A stretch of 64,000 bases of DNA, taken from an uncultured virus (IMG/VR IMGVR_UViG_3300044616_001484). Taxonomy: Duplodnaviria > Heunggongvirae > Uroviricota > Caudoviricetes. Positions 1-14,489 of the stretch are shown here, piece after piece. The notes beneath the pieces were generated by a model. The model was not told the DNA's origin, ran no database searches, and worked only from the letters and a program-made list of their open reading frames with translations. Location: IMG/VR virus record IMGVR_UViG_3300044616_001484, one strand, 5' to 3'. Position 1 is the stretch's first letter. Each line of letters begins with the position of its first letter. The translations under genes were made by a program, and so were the position numbers.

Positions 1-565
1 CACGCCACAACTGGTGAAGTGGACCTTCTGAAACCAATCCTACTACCTGTGATGTCGATAGAGTATATGGATTTCCTGCTGAGTTGTTGAATGTTGTAGC
101 GGTTACAGCATTGTTCACATTGGCTGTGGCTGTAACTGTTCCCGAAACAGGAATAGAGGCGTTAACTTCGGTTGGTGTTGCCAAGTTGGTTCCGATTGCT
201 TCTATTACGACCTTTTGGCGTAGACGGGAATCAACAACAGCATTGCTTTCCAAAAGTTTGTTCATGCGGCGAATAAGTGTTGCTAGGCTTTCTTCATAAC
301 TCTCAACATCAATGTAAATTTGCAATGCATCAGTTGCATTCATAGATGCTGTATTATAATCTAAAGTCAACACATTGTTGGCAAAACTTATTGCACCATT
401 GGTTGAATCAGCAAAATTATAAATTATTGTGTTTGCTGTGGTGTTTGTGATGAGAAGAATATTTGCAAGTGTAATAGTATATTGAAGACCCGTAAAAGTT
501 ACGGTCTTGGCTGCTGGATCAAAGATGTATCCACCTACTATATCTGTTCCGACTAATCTTTTCAT
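1..565 (-). CDS. Putative virion structural protein (partial, runs off window start; not in ORF track)
   Basis: ATG at 565 after TATAAATA and SD GAGG; open to position 1: MKRLVGTDIVGGYIFDPAAKTVTF...LLITNTTANTIIYNFAD...LTLDYNTASMNATDALQIYID, resembling an N-terminal domain of T4-like structural proteins. Confidence 0.75.
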   Translation of the reverse strand, partial: MKRLVGTDIVGGYIFDPAAKTVTFTGLQYTITLANILLITNTTANTIIYNFADSTNGAISFANNVLTLDYNTASMNATDALQIYIDVESYEESLATLIRRMNKLLESNAVVDSRLRQKVVIEAIGTNLATPTEVNASIPVSGTVTATANVNNAVTATTFNNSAGNPYTLSTSQVVGLVSEGPLHQLWR

Positions 566-578
566 TTGTGTTCCTCTC

Positions 579-586
579 TATTTATA
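579..586 (-). promoter_or_regulatory. T4-type late promoter TATAAATA
   Basis: Exact T4 gp55 consensus upstream of SD and ATG at 565. Confidence 0.75.
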
Positions 587-3107
587 GCACTGTTGCCATA
601 GCAATTACAAAAGCATAATTTACAACACCATCTGCACCAGTGTTACCTTGTGGACCAGTTTCACCAGTATTTCCTTGTGGACCAGTAGGACCGGGGACTG
701 TAGAATCTGCACCTGTTGCACCTGTGGCACCTGTTGCTCCTCGTTCGGATGTCAGAGTGACCGCTACAAACTTCAGGAATTGAACCGTAATGTCGTGGGT
801 ATCATCCCTGTTTTGAACAATGAAGAACAAACGGTCATCTGTGTTCAGGTCAAGTACGGTCTGAATCGTTCCCGTAACGGGTTTGTTTTGATTTCGGGAC
901 TCAATATATACTTCGGATTCGGAAATTCTGTCTGCATCCGCACTCAAACCGCTGCTGATATTCCTGTTGCATCCAATATAGAAGCCACATACATCATTGG
1001 CGGATTGAGTCCAAAAGTTGAAGGACGCAACAACATGAAACCGACCACCCGCTCCAAGGTATTGGAGTGAGTTTGTGGTTGAATGCTTCTGAAAGTTGAA
1101 GCAAGTTCCTGTCGTAAGACCACCCGCAACGACTGCCCGTTCGTTGACAACGGAGATAACCGTAGCAACTGCGTTGTTCTTGAGGTACGCAACGCCGACA
1201 TCGTTATTACCAGCAACACCTGAACCTGCGGTACCTGTATTTCCTTGTGGACCAGTTGGACCCGTGTTACCAGTAGCACCAGTATTACCAGTATTTCCCT
1301 GCAAACCAGTTGGACCCGGAACAGTTGAATCTGCACCAGTAGCACCAGTGTTTCCCTGTGGACCCGTAGGACCAGTATTTCCCTGTAACCCAGTTGGACC
1401 CGGAACAGTTGAATCTGCACCAGTAGCACCAGTGTTTCCTTGTGGACCAGTATTTCCCTGTAACCCAGTTGGACCCGGAACAGTTGAATCTGCACCAGTA
1501 GCACCAGTGTTTCCTTGAGGACCTGTAGGACCAGTTGGACCAGTAACACCTTGAGGACCTTGAGAACCATTACTGGTTGGCTGAACCCACTGATTACTAT
1601 TGCCATCATTTATATAAACATATTCAATACCAGTATCCGAAGCCATCCAGCGGAATCCCATTGTAATACCGGGATCTGTTGGTGCAGTCAATTGATAATA
1701 ATAAGTAACACCGGTAGCAGTTGCATTAATCGTAACATTCCCAGTCCCACCAGCTGGGCTTATAGAAATTCCAGTTCCAGCAATTATAGAAGACACCCCA
1801 GAAGTACTCGTACCACCGGAACTACCTGATACTGCAATATCTACATTTTTTCTTCTCTTGGTGATTGTGATATTATCACCAATAAAATTCATCGTATTTA
1901 CAGAACGAATTATTTTATCGCCATTTAAAGATATATCAACCGCACCACCGCCAGCTGGCGTGGTCATTTGGCCGATACGATCTATGGCTTTTTGAATATC
2001 GTCGTTTTTAAACTTGTCTAATATTCCTGAAACATGTTCAGAGTTAAACGACAATATTCCATCTTGAAAAATTAATGGAAATTCTGCTTCTATTACAGGG
2101 CTTGTTCCGGCTGGACCTTGTTCTCCGGGATCTCCTTTTTCCCCTCTTGGTCCAATAGAACCTTGAGGGCCCATAGGTCCTCTATCACCTTTATCTCCCT
2201 TTTCTCCACCCGGACCTTCGGGGCCAACAGGACCTTGAAGTCCAACCTCACCCGCAATTCCGTCTTTACCGGGTATGCCCTGCTGACCTTGCGGACCTTG
2301 AGGACCCATAGGACCAATAGAACCAACTTCTCCTTGATCGCCTTTATCACCCTTGTCTCCCTTGTCTCCTTTATCGCCCTTTGGTCCGATTACTCCCGGA
2401 TCACCTTTAGGCCCAACTTGACCTCTTTCTCCTTGTGGTCCTGCTGGGCCAATATCTCCCTGTTGACCCGGCTTTCCATCATTTCCCTGTGGACCCATAG
2501 GCCCTTGTTGTCCTGCTGGCCCCATTGGACCAATCTGACCACGCTCACCTTGAAGTCCCTGTGATCCAGCTTGAGGAATTATTTCCTTTACAATTGTTTT
2601 TTCTATTAATTGAACTACTGGTTTTTCTATTACTTTTGGTAATTGTTCTTTGGGTTTTTCTACTTGTATTTGTTCTTCAAGTAAATTTTTTATTTGAGTA
2701 GAATTACCAACAAATTTTACTATTTTATTAGAATTTCTTTCAATAAAATATCTCTCGGTTATTCCATTTCCAAGATATATTTTTTCATCACATGAAAGAG
2801 ATGTTGTTTCTTTTAGTAAGGTATTTTGTAATAGAGAACCAATAGGTCTTTTTAATTTAAATAAAGAACCTTGAATATTTTCAAACATCAGTACAGGTTG
2901 AAAATATTCTTTTATCTTTGCTGCATTTCCTTCAACAAGATATTCTTGACCATATTCATCTCTCAAATAAAGTTCACTCAACCCCGAACCTATTTTAATT
3001 TTTTTAGGGTTGTTTGCTTTTTCTACAACATGGAATGTTGCACCCGACAACATTTCTGGATGTTGTTTTACAAGTTTAAGAGTGTTTTTGTTCTTTCCGA
3101 AGAACAT
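582..3107 (-). CDS. Collagen-like (Gly-X-Y) fibre protein
   Basis: Charged GXY block (GEK/GDK/GPQ), Thr-rich GPT/GNT/GAT blocks, globular domains, hydrophobic C-terminus FVIAMATVL. Confidence 0.85.
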   Translation of the reverse strand: MFFGKNKNTLKLVKQHPEMLSGATFHVVEKANNPKKIKIGSGLSELYLRDEYGQEYLVEGNAAKIKEYFQPVLMFENIQGSLFKLKRPIGSLLQNTLLKETTSLSCDEKIYLGNGITERYFIERNSNKIVKFVGNSTQIKNLLEEQIQVEKPKEQLPKVIEKPVVQLIEKTIVKEIIPQAGSQGLQGERGQIGPMGPAGQQGPMGPQGNDGKPGQQGDIGPAGPQGERGQVGPKGDPGVIGPKGDKGDKGDKGDKGDQGEVGSIGPMGPQGPQGQQGIPGKDGIAGEVGLQGPVGPEGPGGEKGDKGDRGPMGPQGSIGPRGEKGDPGEQGPAGTSPVIEAEFPLIFQDGILSFNSEHVSGILDKFKNDDIQKAIDRIGQMTTPAGGGAVDISLNGDKIIRSVNTMNFIGDNITITKRRKNVDIAVSGSSGGTSTSGVSSIIAGTGISISPAGGTGNVTINATATGVTYYYQLTAPTDPGITMGFRWMASDTGIEYVYINDGNSNQWVQPTSNGSQGPQGVTGPTGPTGPQGNTGATGADSTVPGPTGLQGNTGPQGNTGATGADSTVPGPTGLQGNTGPTGPQGNTGATGADSTVPGPTGLQGNTGNTGATGNTGPTGPQGNTGTAGSGVAGNNDVGVAYLKNNAVATVISVVNERAVVAGGLTTGTCFNFQKHSTTNSLQYLGAGGRFHVVASFNFWTQSANDVCGFYIGCNRNISSGLSADADRISESEVYIESRNQNKPVTGTIQTVLDLNTDDRLFFIVQNRDDTHDITVQFLKFVAVTLTSERGATGATGATGADSTVPGPTGPQGNTGETGPQGNTGADGVVNYAFVIAMATVL
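1243..1560. repeat. Near-perfect tandem repeats encoding [17 protein letters not shown] units
   Basis: GTTGGACCCGGAACAGTTGAATCTGCACCAGTAGCACCAGTGTTTCC at 1309, 1393 and 1468 (spacings 84 and 75 bp); degenerate copy near 690. Confidence 0.9.
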
Positions 3108-3113
3108 TTTAAG

Positions 3114-3121
3114 TATTTATC
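3114..3121 (-). promoter_or_regulatory. Late promoter variant GATAAATA
   Basis: TAAATA core 6 nt upstream of ATG at 3107. Confidence 0.6.
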
Positions 3122-4799
3122 ATGAACCTAGGTACCACGATCCAGTTAATGTTTGTATAGCATTTTTTGGTACCGCTGCAAATTCGGATGTTGCTAAAAA
3201 GCTATCTCCGCACATACAATATTCGGTACCCGGTGATGGACATGGAAAAAATGGACATGGGTCGCACTCTGGACGAATAAAATTACCATCACAATCTACC
3301 ATACCGGGCGTGGCAGGAAAGGCAAATGCCCATACGTTTTCCAACCAATAATCATCTGAAGGGCAAGGACCAGATGGGCCTACTAATGGACCACCCGGAC
3401 CGATACCAATATTATCACATGAAATTCCAGTTTCTGGCTCAATACCAACATAAAAACATTTAAGATAATCTAAATCAAATGCTCTTAAGGTAAACCCTAA
3501 TGTTGGCACGCCATAAAAGCTGGTTTGTGTAGATGAACCGACCGTTCGGCTCCACCCACTAGATTCTTTTAATTCGATCCAAGAATCAAATTCACCTCTA
3601 TAATATAAGCCTCTATTTATGTCATTTGGTGTAAATCCAGAAACATGTTTTGGATATCTTGGTTCAGTCAAATAAGTTAAAAATCCTGATTCATCATTTG
3701 TGTATGAAAATGTACCAACAACATCTGAAAAATTATTTGAAAAATATGTTGCACCGCTATTTGTAAAAAATCCACAAGCATAAGTTGATGGCGGTGAAAT
3801 AGTTCCTCTAAAAGCTAGTGGAATACTTATTGAAGTTCCATTTACTCCTCTCTGCACTGGGAAAGAAGACCAATTTGGTAAATCAGATGTTTCTGCTACT
3901 GTTGTAGCACCAGATAAAGCCAGCAATCCATTTAAAATAACAGAACTAAACCAAGTGCTGTTTCCAGCAATGTTATTTGCAACAGATGTTAAAGATCCTG
4001 TTAAAAATCCTGTAGAATTTCCATCTGATGCAAATAAGTTAATTCCAGACACCCCAACAATTGCTTCCCAGCTTCTAGCATCATTTGCTATATTATTCGC
4101 CAAATTTACAACAAAAGCATTAGTTGTATTATTTGTTTTGCCGACATATTTTAATTTTAATGTTCCATATTCAGAAGAGTTAAAAGAAGGTGATCTGCTT
4201 ACATATGATCCTGCAGTAACACTTGGAAATGTTTTTTCTGGACAGTCAAAGCCAGTTTGACAACAGCAATCCGGTTCTTCATATGTGTCAAAAGATATAC
4301 TCGGAACATTATTTATTGCTGTTGGTCCCGAAGTTGTAAATGTGTATACGTTTCTTGTTATTGGAATGCCAGCAGTTACCAGTAAAGTATTTGTACCTGT
4401 ACGTACAACGCCACCCGTTGTACTTTCAGTACTTTCACTAACAAGATTCCAATTTAAAGAAAATTTTGTATAACTGTCTACATTTAGACGAATTAATTCA
4501 TCTTCGTATTCTGGAGGAAATGAAGGACTCCAATTTAAATAATCCGGATCAATTTTTAAACAATTGACGGCTGCTATTGTAAAAATAGATGGTTCATTTC
4601 TGCAAGTCCATCCAGAAGTCAAAGTCTGTGAGCTATACATCGGATCGACAGTATTTGTCGTTTGATTTATATTATCGTAAGTTAAACCTGTATATGCAGT
4701 AAATCCCTTGTAAAGAGTATCAAAAGCCAATGGAAGAGCTGGCAAGGAAGATTCACAAAGAGTACAACCACATGTTGTTAACAATGCACCTATCATCAT
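3120..4799 (-). CDS. Cys-rich, Ser/Thr-rich putative structural protein
   Basis: Long ORF; ATG at 4799 directly follows upstream stop at 4802; CGCTLC, CCC and CDPCPFFPCP clusters. Confidence 0.7.
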   Translation of the reverse strand: MMIGALLTTCGCTLCESSLPALPLAFDTLYKGFTAYTGLTYDNINQTTNTVDPMYSSQTLTSGWTCRNEPSIFTIAAVNCLKIDPDYLNWSPSFPPEYEDELIRLNVDSYTKFSLNWNLVSESTESTTGGVVRTGTNTLLVTAGIPITRNVYTFTTSGPTAINNVPSISFDTYEEPDCCCQTGFDCPEKTFPSVTAGSYVSRSPSFNSSEYGTLKLKYVGKTNNTTNAFVVNLANNIANDARSWEAIVGVSGINLFASDGNSTGFLTGSLTSVANNIAGNSTWFSSVILNGLLALSGATTVAETSDLPNWSSFPVQRGVNGTSISIPLAFRGTISPPSTYACGFFTNSGATYFSNNFSDVVGTFSYTNDESGFLTYLTEPRYPKHVSGFTPNDINRGLYYRGEFDSWIELKESSGWSRTVGSSTQTSFYGVPTLGFTLRAFDLDYLKCFYVGIEPETGISCDNIGIGPGGPLVGPSGPCPSDDYWLENVWAFAFPATPGMVDCDGNFIRPECDPCPFFPCPSPGTEYCMCGDSFLATSEFAAVPKNAIQTLTGSWYLGS

Positions 4800-4801
4800 A
4801 A

Positions 4802-8985
<4,184 letters not shown>

Positions 8986-9024
8986 ATTTTATCCTTTATA
9001 TTGATATTTATTAGTTTTTTAAAA

Positions 9025-9861
9025 TTATAATCCGCTTGCAGAAGTAAAACCAAGCCCACCATCAAAGTATACACTATTTGGTATAGTAACTGATCCCATA
9101 TCTATGGGTGATGCTTGTATTAAAAATTCTAAAGTGTTAGATACTGTAACACCAATCTGCCCAAAATTTAAACTATATAGTGCTGGTATATTTGATCCAG
9201 AACTACCAGTTATTGTAACATTGCCTGTCTGGCCATTTACAGTATAAACAATATTATTTGCTTGTATTCTTCCGTTTATCTGAGCAGTACCACCAGAAGG
9301 AGTTATTACTAAATTTCCTACTGAACTGACATCTAAATCAACATAATTTGTAAGACCAACTGGAATATTATATCCAAGTCTTACATTTTTTCCAGTACTG
9401 TGGTTTACAAATAATGCTGAAGTTGTATTGGATGTTCTATTAATATTAAAATTAATATTATAAGTTCCACCACGGTAATCTGTAGCATTGATTCTGTTGT
9501 TATTAGATTGTATGTATAGAGCGGTAGAATCTCCAACAGCAGCATCCTGTGATCCCAATGATAAGCTAGATGGAGCAATAATTGTAAAAGAATTATTGTT
9601 ATATATTCCCTCACCATTTATATAAGTAATGGCGCCCGACTTAATTAAAGTCAATCCAGCTGTGCTTATTCCAGATAAAAAGTTTTGTACTCCAGAAAAA
9701 TTTTGAGCACTGTTTGTTACGGCCAAATTCGTTATTGCGCCAGTTTGTCCGTTTACAGACGTTACTGCTCCAGTAGGACCAACAGGACCTTGAATGCCCT
9801 GCGGTCCCTGTAATCCGTATGGTGCTGAGTATACAATTACATTTGGAATTCTATTACTCAT
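9025..9861 (-). CDS. Short fibre-like protein with small collagen segment
   Basis: GLQGPQGIQGPVGPTG; two VxxVNGQTG fibre motifs. Confidence 0.7.
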   Translation of the reverse strand: MSNRIPNVIVYSAPYGLQGPQGIQGPVGPTGAVTSVNGQTGAITNLAVTNSAQNFSGVQNFLSGISTAGLTLIKSGAITYINGEGIYNNNSFTIIAPSSLSLGSQDAAVGDSTALYIQSNNNRINATDYRGGTYNINFNINRTSNTTSALFVNHSTGKNVRLGYNIPVGLTNYVDLDVSSVGNLVITPSGGTAQINGRIQANNIVYTVNGQTGNVTITGSSGSNIPALYSLNFGQIGVTVSNTLEFLIQASPIDMGSVTIPNSVYFDGGLGFTSASGL

Positions 9862-9863
9862 TT

Positions 9864-10259
9864 TTAGTTTTCTGTTACCTGCAAGAGACTATTAATTGTT
9901 CCTCTCAATAGTGTAACAATACCACCATTGTTTGGATATTGCATTTGAATGTCGTAGAATACTGGAACATAATCTGGGAATTGGTTTGTATAGTTTGAGC
10001 CTATTGTCACATAAATTAAACCACCCGTGCCAGTAACTGCCAAACCTCCAGTTACGCCATCTGGCGGTGTAAATACAGTTCCGGAAGTCACACCCCGAAC
10101 ATATTTTACAATTTCATTTCCGGGATAATAAGATTTTCTGATTTCCATAGTCAAAGTGACCCCCGTGAGGTTGTATGCGGCTCCAGTGCCACCACACACC
10201 CCCATGGCCCATGTTACGGTATCACCTTTTACTATAGTAGGATTGTATGAGTCTGCCAT
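9864..10259 (-). CDS. Putative fibre-attachment/adaptor structural protein
   Basis: GGAG SD then ATG 10259; IVKGDT...YNLTGVTLTMEIRK...FYDIQM...LLRGTI pattern resembles BppU-N-like adaptors. Confidence 0.55.
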   Translation of the reverse strand: MADSYNPTIVKGDTVTWAMGVCGGTGAAYNLTGVTLTMEIRKSYYPGNEIVKYVRGVTSGTVFTPPDGVTGGLAVTGTGGLIYVTIGSNYTNQFPDYVPVFYDIQMQYPNNGGIVTLLRGTINSLLQVTEN

Positions 10260-10273
10260 TTTTGCTCCCAAAA

Positions 10274-10302
10274 AATAATAGCCTTTATTAGAGGCTATTA
10301 TT
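10274..10302 (-). terminator. Stem-loop with U-tract
   Basis: AATAATAGCCT-N7-AGGCTATTATT followed by TTTT on minus strand. Confidence 0.5.
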
Positions 10303-10305
10303 AAG

Positions 10306-10313
10306 TATTTAGG
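10306..10313 (-). promoter_or_regulatory. Late promoter variant CCTAAATA
   Basis: TAAATA core at the head of the fibre gene block. Confidence 0.55.
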
Positions 10314-10325
10314 TCTTTTTAAAAA

Positions 10326-11549
10326 TTAAAGAGTTACTGCAATTTTTTTGGGATCTATGTCCAAAGTTGTTTTATTTGTGTTTTTAATAACTTTTTCAGA
10401 CCAATCCTTTTGTTGCTTTGCAACCTCTTCTTGGAACTTCTGATATGCTTGCATATAAATTTTATAATTATTTCCAACTCTTTCTCTATGTTCGGGTGGA
10501 AGATGGGGCTCAGAGAGAAGCTTTTGGCAAGCTCCCAATCCAATTTGCGGCCTTCCTGCATAAAATGCCGTTGTACCGACCTCATCATAAATTCCCCAAA
10601 GATAATTTGCATTATCAACAAACAGAATGTCATTCTGTGGAATTGGGATGCTTAATCCCAATGATGCTACTAGGAATGCATTTTTTGGTCTTTCATATTT
10701 TCTATAGATGCATGAAAGATGATAAAGAGGCTCTACTCGGTTTGGGGCTGTTTCAAATGCCATCATAAATGCGTCAGCAATATTTTCTACAGGCTTTCCT
10801 AAGAACTCTCTGCACATCCCTACACGCATCCATGAAAAGAATACCTCCTCATGCCATCCACCCTGCTTAATTCTTTTCATGTACTCTTCTTCAGCAATAG
10901 CAAACATTCGTGCATCAAATGCTGACTGTGCTGCATAGAATTGCTTGCGAGGCTGGTTTGCATCCTTGTCCAAGTAGCCCTTTAGGATATAATAATCTTT
11001 TGTATACTTTTCAATATCATTTGATACGGATCTTGAACGACAACCCTCTGTACGAACTTCCCAAGCATAATCGCCTTCAAGTTTTTGTACATTCATCGGC
11101 TGTTCGCAAATTGCATATTCGTGCAATGGCTCTTCGTACCACCATTTCTTCTTTGCTAGATTAAACAGCTGTGCGCGCAACCACTTGAACTCTCCACGTT
11201 TAATTTGTACAACATAACCGTCAAGATTATCATCAAACTTATCTACTGGAAGATTGCCAGTAATAAAATCGTCAGCATCAATCATCAGCGCCCATTTAGT
11301 CTTACCTAGGCATAGTTCAAGTGCCTTAGAACGATTTGTTCCGAAATCAGACCATTCATGATCATGGATTTCTCCGGGAATACCTTTATCATCAAAAAAC
11401 TTTTTGATGATTTCCTTGGTATTATCCGTAGATCCGGTATCACAGATAACATAATAATCAATAAATGGTGCGCATGAAGCCAAGCATCTTTCGATGTTTG
11501 GAGCCTCGTTTTTGACGATCATACTTAAAGTTAAATTATACATTGTCAT
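10326..11549 (-). CDS. GT2 glycosyltransferase with C-terminal TPR-like repeats (SunS-like architecture)
   Basis: MIVKNEA..IERCL..DTGSTD..W.DFG.NRS..DADD..LHEY GT-A motifs plus helical TPR-like region (APNRVEPLYHL). Confidence 0.85.
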   Translation of the reverse strand: MTMYNLTLSMIVKNEAPNIERCLASCAPFIDYYVICDTGSTDNTKEIIKKFFDDKGIPGEIHDHEWSDFGTNRSKALELCLGKTKWALMIDADDFITGNLPVDKFDDNLDGYVVQIKRGEFKWLRAQLFNLAKKKWWYEEPLHEYAICEQPMNVQKLEGDYAWEVRTEGCRSRSVSNDIEKYTKDYYILKGYLDKDANQPRKQFYAAQSAFDARMFAIAEEEYMKRIKQGGWHEEVFFSWMRVGMCREFLGKPVENIADAFMMAFETAPNRVEPLYHLSCIYRKYERPKNAFLVASLGLSIPIPQNDILFVDNANYLWGIYDEVGTTAFYAGRPQIGLGACQKLLSEPHLPPEHRERVGNNYKIYMQAYQKFQEEVAKQQKDWSEKVIKNTNKTTLDIDPKKIAVTL

Positions 11550-11551
11550 CC

Positions 11552-11977
11552 TTATGAATTAAAAAACTTACGAAGAGAACCGGGATTAAACTTTGGAATT
11601 AAATCCCAGTTATCCCGTTCATTATATTTAATGATTTTTAAACCAGCTATAGGCATTTGGTTTAAAATCTTTTGTTTATCAACTATTTCTAGCAGTTCCC
11701 ATTCTTCCAGTAACTTTATGATAGCGTTTCTTCTTTTTAAATCTTCTTCAGATACATTGGATGGAAGACCATCCAATGCAAAAAGTTCTTTGAAGTGCGC
11801 TACAATATAAGTTTCATTTTTATGAATAAGATGGCAGGATTGATATAAAATATTTTTTCCTTTTGGCGAAACACCAATACGGCTAAGTGTTTCTCTTACT
11901 ACCATAAAATCTTCTGGATCAAATAATTTTATATGAACGCCAACATTATTAAAAATTTTATCTGAAATTTCGGACAT
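11552..11977 (-). CDS. regA: Translational repressor RegA
   Basis: DFMVVRETLSRIG, LYQSCHLIHK, HFKELFALDG. Confidence 0.95.
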   Translation of the reverse strand: MSEISDKIFNNVGVHIKLFDPEDFMVVRETLSRIGVSPKGKNILYQSCHLIHKNETYIVAHFKELFALDGLPSNVSEEDLKRRNAIIKLLEEWELLEIVDKQKILNQMPIAGLKIIKYNERDNWDLIPKFNPGSLRKFFNS

Positions 11978-11983
11978 ACTGCC

Positions 11984-12373
11984 TCACTCTTTAATATCAG
12001 TTCCACCCTTATATAAAGAAAGCTTTAACTTTTCTATATCACTGGGTCCGAGTATATTTAGGACTTCTTGAGCCTTGGCATCCGTATATCCAAAAACCTC
12101 TTTGATTATAGCAATATTTCCCTCAGTAGATTTTTTTAACCAAGATGAATATCGCTTCTTTTTTCTAATTGACATCCTGTAAAAATCAAACTGCATCTTT
12201 TTATCAGCCCACCAGTGACAGTTGATTTCATTTGCATGCAATAAGGTATCAGGAAAAAATGAAAGACATTTGTTTACGATAAATGAAGGATATGCCTTTT
12301 CTGCCTTTTCGTCTTGGTCTAGCAAAGGCTTCTTATCGTAATTAATGCTATTCAAAAAGTCTTTTAGTTCCAT
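11984..12373 (-). CDS. gp62: Clamp loader small subunit
   Basis: LKDFLNSIN, YPSFIVNKCLS, MQFDFY..RKKKRYS.W; synteny. Confidence 0.93.
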   Translation of the reverse strand: MELKDFLNSINYDKKPLLDQDEKAEKAYPSFIVNKCLSFFPDTLLHANEINCHWWADKKMQFDFYRMSIRKKKRYSSWLKKSTEGNIAIIKEVFGYTDAKAQEVLNILGPSDIEKLKLSLYKGGTDIKE

Positions 12374-13314
12374 TAAGCAAACTCACAATCCATCATTAAC
12401 TGCACAACCATAGCCATGCTATTAATCTCTTGATCTGCTGCAAATGAAGCCTTGTACTGGTATTCTGCAATGATTAAAATTGCTTGAGGAATTGAATTTG
12501 GTTTTAGTGTAGTATATAGCTCTGTGTACAGACGCTTAAAAAACTCTGCTGTATTCAAATCAATATTCTGTACAATCCACTTTCGGCAGGAAGTAAAATC
12601 TTTTTGTTTCATAAAGCCAAGCAGTTCTTTATAAGATTCACTACTGCCCTGCGAAAGAATACCAACATCAATTTTACCACTTACAGAATACTTTTGCAGT
12701 TCATTAATGATTCTGCGTATATCTGGAAAATGCTTCTTAACTAGGTTTACCAAAACACCTTTGTCATAAGAAACCTTTTCTTTTTCCAAGATCTGCTCAA
12801 TGCGCTTTAGAATTAACAAGGCAACTTGAGCCTTTTCTTGACTTGGCACCGTGAAATCGATGCCCGTGCATCTTGAGTGCAAAGGATCGATTACACGGCT
12901 CTTATAATTACAAGTCAAGACAAATCTGCAGCCATCTGCAAACTCCTCTATGGCTCCACGCAATCCAGTTTGAATGCCCTGAGTAGCATAGTCAAACTCA
13001 TCTAGAATAATTACCTTGCCATTACCACTCAAAGACATAGTTGATGCATATTGACGAATCTTAGTTCGCAATGTATCAATACCATTTTCCTCTGAGCAGT
13101 TTATGAGAATGGATTCCATTCCCAAATCATTAGCTAAAGCCTTGGCAACTGTAGTCTTTCCAGTTCCAGCCTTTCCATAAAACATCATGTTTGGTAGTTT
13201 TCTTTCCTTTACCATTCCATTAAAAATGGTAGAAAGATCAACTGGCAATATACAATCTGACATGGTTTTGGGACGATACTTTTCGACCCAAAGTAGATTA
13301 GTCACATCGGTCAC
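12373..13314 (-). CDS. gp44: Clamp loader large subunit (AAA+)
   Basis: LWVEKYRP, Walker A GTGKTT, IILDEFD, LHSRC. Confidence 0.96.
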   Translation of the reverse strand: MTDVTNLLWVEKYRPKTMSDCILPVDLSTIFNGMVKERKLPNMMFYGKAGTGKTTVAKALANDLGMESILINCSEENGIDTLRTKIRQYASTMSLSGNGKVIILDEFDYATQGIQTGLRGAIEEFADGCRFVLTCNYKSRVIDPLHSRCTGIDFTVPSQEKAQVALLILKRIEQILEKEKVSYDKGVLVNLVKKHFPDIRRIINELQKYSVSGKIDVGILSQGSSESYKELLGFMKQKDFTSCRKWIVQNIDLNTAEFFKRLYTELYTTLKPNSIPQAILIIAEYQYKASFAADQEINSMAMVVQLMMDCEFA

Positions 13315-13316
13315 GA

Positions 13317-13988
13317 TTAACCCCGCTTAATTGCAATATAGTATGAAAGGTTCTGACTTTGATGAGTAAATCTAGAAATAATGTTTTTAGTTAGCTCAAC
13401 CTTGTACGATCCCGGCAAAAACTTAATTTCCGAGACATTAAACGTTCCTTCGTAATCAGGTCCATCATAATTCTCATCAATCAAAACAGAGAAACTGTTA
13501 GAAGTGTCATTTTTTGCATCATCAACAGTAATCTTGAGAACACCGTTTTCACCAACAATCTTAAGATCACTGACCTGAAGAATGCTAGATGCTTTTAGAA
13601 TCTCATTTAGATTATGTTCATCCAAATCAAAACTAATAATGATCTCTGGCATTTCCAGTTCTCTAGTTGGAACAGTCAAAAGAGATGGTTCGGAGTAGTA
13701 ATACCTAACTGAAGACTTTCCATTTGAAATGTCCACATGGGTATCACAAAACTCCAAATCGGGATTTGGGAACATGCTTACCACACCCAAAAACTTATTC
13801 AAGTCCCAAATAGGAACATCTGTGTCGAACTCTTCTTGAATTGTTGCTTCAACATAGATATTTTTTCCACCAGAAATAGTCCGGAGATTGTTTCCGGGCT
13901 TGATCAAAATGTTTGAATTGATGGAAGAAAAGTTTTTTAGAATTGCGAGTGTTTCTTTAGATAGTCTCATTTTAGTCACAGTTGTCAT
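13317..13988 (-). CDS. gp45: Sliding clamp
   Basis: LSKETLAILKNFSSIN, IWDLNKFL, LPGSY; synteny. Confidence 0.95.
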   Translation of the reverse strand: MTTVTKMRLSKETLAILKNFSSINSNILIKPGNNLRTISGGKNIYVEATIQEEFDTDVPIWDLNKFLGVVSMFPNPDLEFCDTHVDISNGKSSVRYYYSEPSLLTVPTRELEMPEIIISFDLDEHNLNEILKASSILQVSDLKIVGENGVLKITVDDAKNDTSNSFSVLIDENYDGPDYEGTFNVSEIKFLPGSYKVELTKNIISRFTHQSQNLSYYIAIKRG

Positions 13989-14005
13989 ATATTTCCTTTT
14001 GTAAA

Positions 14006-14164
14006 TTAATCTTCGTCTTTATTTTTACGATACATCATATCCTGAACTTGCTGCTTATTTTCATGTCTAGATCCGCGTTTGTTTCTTACCTGTTGTTTTT
14101 TACTAAATCCAGATGGCTTATTTTTGCGACGATTAGTAAACTTTTCAAAGCTTTCTTCGTTCAT
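14006..14164 (-). CDS. Small basic protein, 52 aa (not in ORF track)
   Basis: MNEESFEKFTNRRKNKPSGFSKKQQVRNKRGSRHENKQQVQDMMYRKNKDED*, directly downstream of a promoter and upstream of gp45. Confidence 0.65.
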   Translation of the reverse strand: MNEESFEKFTNRRKNKPSGFSKKQQVRNKRGSRHENKQQVQDMMYRKNKDED

Positions 14165-14173
14165 GACTCTTCA

Positions 14174-14201
14174 ATTATAACTCCATTAAAACAGAAATCA
14201 A
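14174..14201 (-). promoter_or_regulatory. Sigma70-like promoter TTGATT-N16-TATAAT
   Basis: Heads small ORF-gp45-gp44-gp62-regA operon. Confidence 0.7.
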
Positions 14202-14482
14202 GTTGCAATCCACTGAGAACCATCTATGTCAGTATACCAGACATATGAAACACCACTTGATGAAATCCACACCTGTCCTTCTTTTGGACTAATTGGTGGA
14301 TTTTCAGAAATAGTATTTTCGGTAATCCCAACAAAAAACCAATTTTTTGGTGTTTGGATTGGGCTTTTCTCAGTTTGTTGAGAACATTGATATAATTTTC
14401 CTTGATGTGTAACTACATCACCCTTTATATAGTTAAAAGGTTTTCCGTTTACATCCTTAATTTGAAATTTTCCTCTAAACAT
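14198..14482 (-). CDS. Small protein with CBM5/12-like domain and fibre-type C-terminal motif
   Basis: YIKGDVVTHQGKLYQC...P...W (CBM5/12-like) plus PPISPKEGQVWI..G..YVWY.D..GSQW. Confidence 0.6.
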   Translation of the reverse strand: MFRGKFQIKDVNGKPFNYIKGDVVTHQGKLYQCSQQTEKSPIQTPKNWFFVGITENTISENPPISPKEGQVWISSSGVSYVWYTDIDGSQWIAT

Positions 14483-14489
14483 TTAGAAA

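Noticed and set aside
1243..1560. Regularly spaced repeats as a CRISPR array
   Set aside because: In-frame coding repeats, no unique spacers, no cas genes
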